A stretch of 63,854 nucleotides of DNA, counting the filler, from an uncultured bacterium (GTDB lineage: Bacteria; Hinthialibacterota; Hinthialibacteria; Hinthialibacterales; Hinthialibacteraceae), in the NCBI GenBank assembly GCA_964449065.1. It is 4 parts of 4 records of this genome, joined end to end, with 100 filler letters (N's around TTAATTAATTAA, not from the genome) between each part and the next. Parts side by side here need not be neighbours in the genome. Positions count along the whole stretch, not along the records: positions 49,929 to 63,854 come from CAYVAZ010000123.1; 3 more parts are not named here. One strand, given 5' to 3'. The notes under the pieces are model-generated. The model was not told the DNA's origin. It saw nothing but the letters and a program-made list of their open reading frames with translations, and did not search any database. Positions 57,401 to 63,854 of this stretch are shown one piece after another. A program made the translations under genes and the position numbers. How positions within the stretch are numbered: the stretch's first letter is position 1; each line of letters opens with the position of its first letter.

Positions 57401-58494
57401 CTGTTTACCTCGCGCAATAGTCCTTCAATATCCCGGCCGGATCCTTGCGTTGCTTGATAGCAGATGTGATTGTAATTATGAACAATTTGTCCGTTGATTC
57501 TGGAGACGAACACAATCCAATGATGGGAGAGGGACGCGAGTTCCACCTTCCAACAATCGATCATAGAACGGTCGATATCCCAATAGATGGCGTGTTCGGT
57601 TTTGATGGAGGATGATTCGGACAAATCAAATTTCTCTTGCGCGGCTTGAATGGCTTGTGTTTTGGTGATGGGATTTTGTGCCATCGGCATTTGCCACGGC
57701 TTTGGAGCATAGATGCCGGACATTAGATAGGGTTCCTCTTTTTTGTTGAAATGCATTTTGAGTTGGGCGCCCCAGACAGGGATGTCTTTGTATGTTTGGT
57801 TCAGGGTTACGTGCGTGAAGCCGAGGTCATCGGTTTTTATTTCATCGGGGGATACATCTTCATCCGGATTATCCAAATTCAGAATGATCCCTAATTCACC
57901 GGCGATGAGTTTTGCCATGGCGGCGAAATCGCTTCTTTGTTTTGCGGAGGCATATTGTTCATTGGTTTCCACTATTTTTTCCAGGTTACCATCCAGATGG
58001 CGCAAGGTGCCGGAAACGTTATCCATTTGCAGATTGGCATCATCCCCTAAAGTTTGGAGCAGTTGATTGATGGCTTTTTGCTGGGTGGGATTGACCACGC
58101 TGGTGCCGCTTGCTCTGGGCATGCCTTGAATCGGCCGGGGGATTGTATTTGTTCTTTGATTCCGTGCTTGGGTAATATGTTGTTTTATGGTTTTGCCTTT
58201 TTGGATGAGGCCGGCGATTTTGTTGGAGGCATTCGATGATGATGTTGTTGTTGCTGCTGTTGTTTGAACCCGCGGTGATGTATTTGTTGGGGTAAATTTG
58301 CTGTGATTAGGAAAGGATGGATTAGAAGGAGAATGCACAGGGCTTGCAGAGGTTGGTACGCCAGCGGATTGGGTTGCGTTCGGTTTGGCCTGTTGGGTAC
58401 CGGTTTGGAAACCGGATATTGTTATCCATACAAAAAGAAAAGTTACAACGAAAAGAACTCCAAACAGAACTGAATTTTTTTGGAAAAATTTCAT
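54487..58494 (-). CDS. Secreted M4 (thermolysin-like) metallopeptidase with beta-propeller, Ig-like, PT linker and C-terminal domains
   Basis: FTP/PepSY propeptide; DNAFW, GHELTHG, GALNEHIAD, GVHINSG; TNTGDADV Ig-like domain; PTPT tract. Confidence 0.92.
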   Translation of the reverse strand: MKFFQKNSVLFGVLFVVTFLFVWITISGFQTGTQQAKPNATQSAGVPTSASPVHSPSNPSFPNHSKFTPTNTSPRVQTTAATTTSSSNASNKIAGLIQKGKTIKQHITQARNQRTNTIPRPIQGMPRASGTSVVNPTQQKAINQLLQTLGDDANLQMDNVSGTLRHLDGNLEKIVETNEQYASAKQRSDFAAMAKLIAGELGIILNLDNPDEDVSPDEIKTDDLGFTHVTLNQTYKDIPVWGAQLKMHFNKKEEPYLMSGIYAPKPWQMPMAQNPITKTQAIQAAQEKFDLSESSSIKTEHAIYWDIDRSMIDCWKVELASLSHHWIVFVSRINGQIVHNYNHICYQATQGSGRDIEGLLREVNSYQSNGTFHLIDTSRPIYNPGSNPPNIRQTEGALIVLDAEQQVIETNPNIEIVQSNDPNSWDPFAVSMQLNFGIVEEYYRTTFGRQSIDDQGSNILGVIHARFRDPSGNTTSDNAFWNFSQQVVVFGDGDQAFSEFPKSLDVTGHELTHGVIDFSAGLIYENQSGALNEHIADFFGAMIDRDEWLLADGVTPGFDGLRDMENPDNPNVLSRQPTHMSEFRFLPNTPQGDFGGVHINSGIPNRMSFLLAEGPQGIGRDQTEELIYRALTVYLTPRAQLIDYRRALESSARDIHGETSQPFAAVQSAFDAVGITDDSIPDDTTSSDGELGAGENLHAFLLARPELGENPNTNDFFYNLFVFNGSQNTLVTNRLLINSRPAFSGDGAWALFVDESNNLILIQSDLTESVIDDDGNIRTVALSKDQRFIAFTTNEFDNLITFIDLETDDPAREVRVAEIEVPRSDGSLAPVDFPDVLTFNFRGDTLVFDARTTIPVADGENIQTWGLYSIRLADLNVQKLVVNKPGEQFGNPMFANTSDNSLLADWILESEQQPGFFFYNIVSIDLRQNNPGPLRENIGNIGHPTWNGDDNAFLYVRFDRTFNQYALFQSQLSEDKLSTITNDRTRFADSAPVSFPIGFRLGEFPPQRGEISAPNELAFSSTQLDTPVQNEFIVTNTGDADVELIGTTVEGEFADAYSSNTRNQFISPGEEVSVEVTFDPLVEGENPATIVILSSDVDRPRLEVNVNGVGVAPAQQPTNTPTPFAPTPTPMPDEPTPTPEDTQKPIPTPRPSNQLTQRYEFDGDGLEASGWGTLPGGFTGAESGTVETIALPAETIPTSNDLRGLKITVAPGQVAFAYALEPFLTNGEAVLIRASIRADSSNAAPALVGVSGNISTGQVDGSLATQQPANALAAQLNNRNMVLIYEPDQNDIVTPAIQVASISDSETVTIWVDNVELQILSADESFSGELFQSNF

Positions 58495-58790
58495 AACATA
58501 CCCTTTTCTTTAATAATTCATTTATAAAAGAGTGTATCCTTTAAGAATAGAAAGTAGCATACAAAATATAAAAGTGTCAGACCGATTGCAGTCTAGGCCA
58601 AACTTGTTTTGATTTAGTTAGAGGGATTCGATAATGGGCAGAAACGTGGAAAAATGATTGGAAGGGGTGCGTAATTAGCGCGGATATTATGCTGGATAAA
58701 AAAAGCGAATATTTTGCGATAAATATCGATACAATAAATGCTATTATATATTTCTGAATACAAAAGATGGATTTATATTGAATTACAGAT

Positions 58791-61700
58791 ATGAGACAAA
58801 ATAGACAGATGGAATCTTTTTCTTTAATGGATACTTTTCCCTTTGGGATATTTGTATTGGATAACGGTTTCAAGGTGAAATATTGGAACCGCCAGATGGA
58901 AAAATGGACCGGAATTTCGAATGAAGAAATTACCGGTGCGGAGATTGCGGACTTTTATCCCGGGTTTTTAGAGCCGCGTATATCCTCCCGCTTGCAGGAT
59001 GTGTTTACCCATCAAAGTTCCATTGTGTTTTCTGAAGAGTATGAGCCGCATCTAATTCAGTCTCAAATTACCCCCGATACTCCCCGGTACTTTCATGCCA
59101 CAGTAACTCCCTACCATCCTTCCGGTCAATCTACTGAACCGCTGGCATTGTTTACCATTAAGGATGTAACGGACACGGTGAAATACCTTCAAAGCAACCA
59201 AGAACTCAAGAATAAGCTGGAGACCCTGGAAGCCAGCCGTATTCAGGTGTTGCGGGAACGGGATGTTATCCAACGTTTAAGTCAAAAATTGGCGGGCTTA
59301 ATCGATGTCAAAGAAACCGGAAAAACGTTGGCAAAGGAATCGTATCAATTGTTTCGGCATGACGCGTTTGTCTTGCTGTATTTCAATGAAAAAGCCAATG
59401 AGTTCGAAGTGGTGTATACGGAAGACACCTTACCGGAATCCCCCTTGCCGGTCGAAATCAAGGATGATTCCAGATGGGAAAAAACGCCCATCATGCAGGA
59501 GATCATCGATAGTCAATTTAAATTGATCAATCGCCTGAAAGAACCGGAACACTCCGAGTTTTTGATGTTTGGGGATATACAGCGTATGTCCCGGTCACTG
59601 ATGTATGTCACGATTCGCTGGCAAGGACAGCCGATTGGGATGATTTCCGTTCAGAGTTATACGCCGGGACGGTATGGGATGCATGAAGTGGAACTGCTGC
59701 GGACCTTTGCGGATCAATGCGGCGGTGTCTTAGCGCGTTTAAAGTATGAGAGCGCCTTAGAAGAAACCGAACAATCGCTGGAGTTAATGTTTGAAGGGTC
59801 GCAAGACGGCATTGCCCATCTGGGACCACGGACAATTTATCATTGCAATCAAAAGTTTGCGGATATGTTTGGTCATAGTGTAGAAGAATGCAAACGTATG
59901 GATTTAACCGGGCAGCTCCATCCCGATGACCGTGAAATGATGGTGGATTATAATCGTCGAAGAATGCAAGGCGAAGAGGTTCCAAGGCGGTATGAGTTCC
60001 GAATCGTTCATAAAGACGGCCATATAGTGTATGTAGACGGAACATTCGATTTGCTGCAAAAGGGCGAGAAAATTTATGGGATATTAGGATATTTTCGGGA
60101 TATCTCACAGCATAAATTGATGGAAGACGAGTTGCGGGCTTCGCAAGACCTGTACTATTCGCTGGTGGAATCTCTTCCCCTCGGCATTTTTCGGAAAGAT
60201 ATCGAATACCGCTACACGTTTGTCAACGACAAATTTCAAGACGATTTGGGGATGGATGAGCAGGAGATCATCGGCCGGACGGATTTTCATATTTTACCCG
60301 CCAGTATCGCGGAGCGGACATGGCGCAGTGATTATGAAGTGTTGACAACCATAGAGCCCATCGAAAGCATCGAAGAGTTTCAGTATCCCGGGGAAGATCC
60401 GTTTTATTATCACACCATTAAAATTCCACTGCGCGACGCGAACGGGAATATACGCGGCTTGCAGGGGATGATATGGGATGTCTCGGACCGGGTGCGCGCG
60501 CAAGAGGCCATGACCCGGATTTATAAAGCGATTGACAATTCCAGCGACGCGATCGCGGTGTATGATCATACCCTTCGAAACGTGTATTACAACAAAACCT
60601 TTTTGGATTTGTTTGGGTTTACGATTGATGAACTGGATCAAATCGGCGGGGTGGAGCGGCTGTATACCGATCAGGAAAAAAGTTTGGAGATTCACGAGGC
60701 ATTATCGAAAGGGGAATCTTGGGAGGGAGAAATAGACGCCCGCACCAAAGGGGGAAAGATCCTGCCGCTTGCTCTCCGGGCTGACGCGGTACGGGATGAA
60801 GCGGATACGGTGGTCGGCCGCATCGGGATATACCGGGATATGACCAGTTGGAAAAAGTATGAGCAGGAGTTGAAAAAAGCGGTCATTGAAACGCAGGAAG
60901 CCAATCGAGCCAAGAGCGAATTTTTGGCCAACATGAGCCACGAAATCCGCACCCCGATCAACGGGATTATCGGTATGACCGAGTTGGCGTTGGATTCGAA
61001 CTTAACCGCGGAACAGCGGGAGTATATCGAGTTGGTGAAGGATTCTTCGGAATCTCTGTTAGAATTAATCAATGACATTCTCGATTTTTCGAAAGTGGAA
61101 GCCGGGAAGTTGGAGATCGTCAGCACCGAATTTTCGTTGCGGGAATGCATCATTAAAATCCTGCATTCGGCCGCGTTGCGGGCGGATCAAAAAGGAATCG
61201 AACTTCTGTACTTCGTAGAGCAGGATGTTCCCGACCGGTTGTATGGTGATCCTCACCGGCTGCGGCAGGTGCTGAATAACCTGATTGGGAATTCCATTAA
61301 ATTCACGCAAGAAGGCGAGGTGTGTTTGTGGGTGAGGATGGATCATTTGGAAGACATGAATGTAACTCTTTATTTTGAAATTTGTGATACCGGAATTGGA
61401 ATCCCCCCCGACAAACAAAGCAAAATTTTTGAAGCCTTCGAGCAAGGCGATACCTCCACAACGCGGAAATACGGCGGTACGGGATTGGGGCTGGCCATTT
61501 CGCTTCGTTTGGTGGAACTGATGCAGGGGAAAATCGGTTTTGAAAGCCCTTACCGTTCCGAAGACCGTGCCGATGGAGGGGAAGGCAGCCGGTTTTGGTT
61601 TACTTCAAAATTTCAATTAACTTCCGCTACGCCATTGCCTTATACAGAAGGGAAAGCATCTCTTTCCGGTCAACGGTTATTGCTGGTACACCCGAACCGG

Positions 61701-62492
61701 AATCAAATCCATATTTTACAAACCTATCTTTCCGCGTGGAATTTGCGGGTGGATCCGGTGCCGGATGTTATTGCCGCTTGGAAGGCCTATAACCAAGCCC
61801 AAACGCAAGGAGATGCTTATTCATTTATTCTTATTGATCAAAGTGCTTGCAAAGCGCTGTTGCAGCACTACCAAGATGAGTCAATTGATTTGCCGGTCTT
61901 ACTACTCTTAAGCCATACCAAGAAAGACGAAACGCTTCAAGCCTTTCATAACAGCATTCCACTTCAATATATCATTAAACCGGTAACCCCATCCGATTTA
62001 TACAATGCCGTTGGCCATCTCATTCGCGGAGATAAGCGCCAAACAATAAAACCAGCACGTGAGCTTAAGAAGAAAGAGGTAGAACCGCTGCCGGTTGGAC
62101 ATTCCGGCGGGGTCAAGATCTTGCTGGCGGAAGACAACGAGATCAATCAAAAAATTGTGATTCGTACGCTGGAAAAATTGCAGTACTCGATCACAGTCGC
62201 CAATGATGGGGCCGAAGCGCTGGAACGCTGGGCGCAGGAAGAGTTTGATTTGATTCTGATGGATGTACAAATGCCCAACATGGACGGGCTGCAAGCCACC
62301 CAAGCCATCCGCAAATTGGAGCACGAATGCGGTAAGCATGTGCCCATTATTGCATTGACGGCGCACGCCATGAAAGGCGACCGCGAGCGCTGCTTGGAAG
62401 CCGGTATGGATGATTATCTTCACAAACCTGTCAACACAAACGTATTGCGGGAACGGGTGCAGGAATTGCTATCCGCTACTTACTCCATTTGA
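58791..62492 (+). CDS. Hybrid sensor histidine kinase (PAS-GAF-PAS-PAS-PAS-HisKA-HATPase-REC-REC)
   Basis: [37 protein letters not shown]. Confidence 0.95.
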   Translation: MRQNRQMESFSLMDTFPFGIFVLDNGFKVKYWNRQMEKWTGISNEEITGAEIADFYPGFLEPRISSRLQDVFTHQSSIVFSEEYEPHLIQSQITPDTPRYFHATVTPYHPSGQSTEPLALFTIKDVTDTVKYLQSNQELKNKLETLEASRIQVLRERDVIQRLSQKLAGLIDVKETGKTLAKESYQLFRHDAFVLLYFNEKANEFEVVYTEDTLPESPLPVEIKDDSRWEKTPIMQEIIDSQFKLINRLKEPEHSEFLMFGDIQRMSRSLMYVTIRWQGQPIGMISVQSYTPGRYGMHEVELLRTFADQCGGVLARLKYESALEETEQSLELMFEGSQDGIAHLGPRTIYHCNQKFADMFGHSVEECKRMDLTGQLHPDDREMMVDYNRRRMQGEEVPRRYEFRIVHKDGHIVYVDGTFDLLQKGEKIYGILGYFRDISQHKLMEDELRASQDLYYSLVESLPLGIFRKDIEYRYTFVNDKFQDDLGMDEQEIIGRTDFHILPASIAERTWRSDYEVLTTIEPIESIEEFQYPGEDPFYYHTIKIPLRDANGNIRGLQGMIWDVSDRVRAQEAMTRIYKAIDNSSDAIAVYDHTLRNVYYNKTFLDLFGFTIDELDQIGGVERLYTDQEKSLEIHEALSKGESWEGEIDARTKGGKILPLALRADAVRDEADTVVGRIGIYRDMTSWKKYEQELKKAVIETQEANRAKSEFLANMSHEIRTPINGIIGMTELALDSNLTAEQREYIELVKDSSESLLELINDILDFSKVEAGKLEIVSTEFSLRECIIKILHSAALRADQKGIELLYFVEQDVPDRLYGDPHRLRQVLNNLIGNSIKFTQEGEVCLWVRMDHLEDMNVTLYFEICDTGIGIPPDKQSKIFEAFEQGDTSTTRKYGGTGLGLAISLRLVELMQGKIGFESPYRSEDRADGGEGSRFWFTSKFQLTSATPLPYTEGKASLSGQRLLLVHPNRNQIHILQTYLSAWNLRVDPVPDVIAAWKAYNQAQTQGDAYSFILIDQSACKALLQHYQDESIDLPVLLLLSHTKKDETLQAFHNSIPLQYIIKPVTPSDLYNAVGHLIRGDKRQTIKPARELKKKEVEPLPVGHSGGVKILLAEDNEINQKIVIRTLEKLQYSITVANDGAEALERWAQEEFDLILMDVQMPNMDGLQATQAIRKLEHECGKHVPIIALTAHAMKGDRERCLEAGMDDYLHKPVNTNVLRERVQELLSATYSI

Positions 62493-63854
62493 TTCCGCTT
62501 GCATGTGTGTTTCCAGGTCGATTTCTTCATGCAGGTATGATTTTTCTTTGTAAAAAATCACCACAATGATGAATAAAAACGCTGTTACGGTTGTGCAGTT
62601 GGCAAAGAAGAAGAAATAGCCGACATTGGATAACCAAGAGGTGCCATCCGGGTTTTGGATAAACCAATTGACAGCGGATGTAAATAAGTTCCCCATCGTG
62701 ACCGATAAGAAGAAGTAGCCCATGATGAAGGATTTCATGGTTCGAGGCGCTTGGGTATAAGAAAATTCAAGAGCGGTAATGGATACGAATACCTCTCCCA
62801 TGGTGAGGATGGCATACGCCAAGAATTGCCAGTTGATGCTTGGAGTTTCTCCGGCGGCGATGCGCATTTCAATCCACGTGCTGACATAAAACGATATCGC
62901 GGTTAAAAACAAACCGATTAGGATTTTGCGCAGCGCGGTAAGGCGGAACAGTTTGTTCAATGCCGGGTAGATTACAAAACTGGTTAACGGAATAAACATC
63001 AAGACCATCAGCGGATTGGCGGCTTGAATCTGCGATTCGATCAACTCAACGCCGAAAAAGCTGCGGTCCATCTTTTGTGCTTGAATGACCCAGGAAGAAC
63101 CGGTTTGGTCAAACAGTGCCCAGAACATCGCAACAAAAATATAAACAACAAACAGCTTGGCGATCGCGGTTAATCCTTCTTTGCTGAAGCATTCTTTCAA
63201 GAAGCCTGATCCGGCAGCCGGAATATGGACAAACTTATTGCGCCCCATCCAGAAGAAAATGGTGGCGAGCGTCATCAAAAGTCCCGGCACGCCGAAGGCT
63301 ACATACGGGCCGAATTTTTCCAACAGCCAGGGAGTCAGTAGGGTTGAAACAAACGAACCGACATTGATGGAAAAGTAAAACCAGCCGAACACTTTTGGCA
63401 GCAAATGTTTATTGGATTCACCAAACTGGTCGCCGACGTGTGAGGAGACGCAGGGTTTGATCCCCCCTGCCCCAATGGAAATCAGCGTTAATCCAATCAA
63501 CAGCCCTATGCGGGTTTCATCCAAAGCCAAGGCAAAATGGCCGAAACAGTAGACGATAGATAGCGTGAGAATGGTTCGGTATTTGCCCCAAAACACATCG
63601 GAGATAATCGCCCCCAATATGGGAGTGAAATAAACGGCGGAAACGAACAGGTGAAAGTAAAATTTGGCCTGCTCATCCGTCATGTAATCCGGCTCGCCTT
63701 GATGGTTTAACATATACTGCGTCATAAATACGACCAGGATGCAGCGCATGCCGTAGAAACTGAAGCGCTCCGCGGCTTCGTTGGCGATGATATACGGAAT
63801 GCCTCCCGGCATTTTGGTGGATTTAATAGGGGCGGTGATGTATTTGGATTGGCT
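62469..63854 (-). CDS. POT/PTR family peptide transporter, 5' end runs off the window
   Basis: EAAERFSFYG, GGIKP, FYFSIN, EFSYTQAP; frame is open from ATG 63812 to the window edge. Confidence 0.93.
   Translation of the reverse strand, partial: SQSKYITAPIKSTKMPGGIPYIIANEAAERFSFYGMRCILVVFMTQYMLNHQGEPDYMTDEQAKFYFHLFVSAVYFTPILGAIISDVFWGKYRTILTLSIVYCFGHFALALDETRIGLLIGLTLISIGAGGIKPCVSSHVGDQFGESNKHLLPKVFGWFYFSINVGSFVSTLLTPWLLEKFGPYVAFGVPGLLMTLATIFFWMGRNKFVHIPAAGSGFLKECFSKEGLTAIAKLFVVYIFVAMFWALFDQTGSSWVIQAQKMDRSFFGVELIESQIQAANPLMVLMFIPLTSFVIYPALNKLFRLTALRKILIGLFLTAISFYVSTWIEMRIAAGETPSINWQFLAYAILTMGEVFVSITALEFSYTQAPRTMKSFIMGYFFLSVTMGNLFTSAVNWFIQNPDGTSWLSNVGYFFFFANCTTVTAFLFIIVVIFYKEKSYLHEEIDLETHMQAESNGVSSG

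Noticed and set aside
62469..62492. 24-bp convergent overlap between the kinase and the POT transporter
   Set aside because: Short tail-to-tail overlaps are common; there is no evidence of a special function
1..63854. CRISPR array, integron or prophage
   Set aside because: No regularly spaced repeat-spacer series, and no cas, integrase, transposase or phage genes were recognised

Overview
Draft bacterial sequence made of four contigs joined by artificial N-TTAATTAATTAA-N linkers (16785-16884, 33318-33417, 49829-49928), with three more 100-N scaffold gaps (6237-6336, 26279-26378, 28369-28468). Adjacency across the linkers has no biological meaning. Gene content: mutS, an RpoD-family sigma factor, mgtE, asnB, an orphan fliG, tRNA-Thr(TGT), a probable 6S RNA with a clean sigma70 promoter, four Tat-type sulfatases, two Gfo/Idh/MocA oxidoreductases, transporters (EamA, Wzm-like, MFS, SSS/ActP-like plus DUF4212, POT), membrane glycosyltransferases, two-component proteins and a large M4 peptidase. 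This fits a diderm, glycan- and sulfate-ester-scavenging bacterium; a Sumerlaeota/Hinthialibacterota (OLB16)-like lineage is my inference only. Intergenic DNA is rich in REP-like palindromes and MITEs, and there are four toxin-antitoxin loci. Best leads: (1) a multi-stem leader upstream of mgtE that can switch pairing and is not a canonical M-box; (2) an AT-rich zincin-TPR cassette bracketed by two synonymously recoded copies of a nitrilase 3' end; (3) a hicAB pair with an ATA-start toxin between two direct REP-doublet repeats; (4) a secreted protein alternating PYxT(K/G) motifs with KGFFxxLFG amphipathic helices; (5) an orphan sRNA candidate exposing an anti-Shine-Dalgarno sequence; (6) possible lineage-specific C-terminal sorting signals. 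No CRISPR array, rRNA, transposase or integrase was seen.
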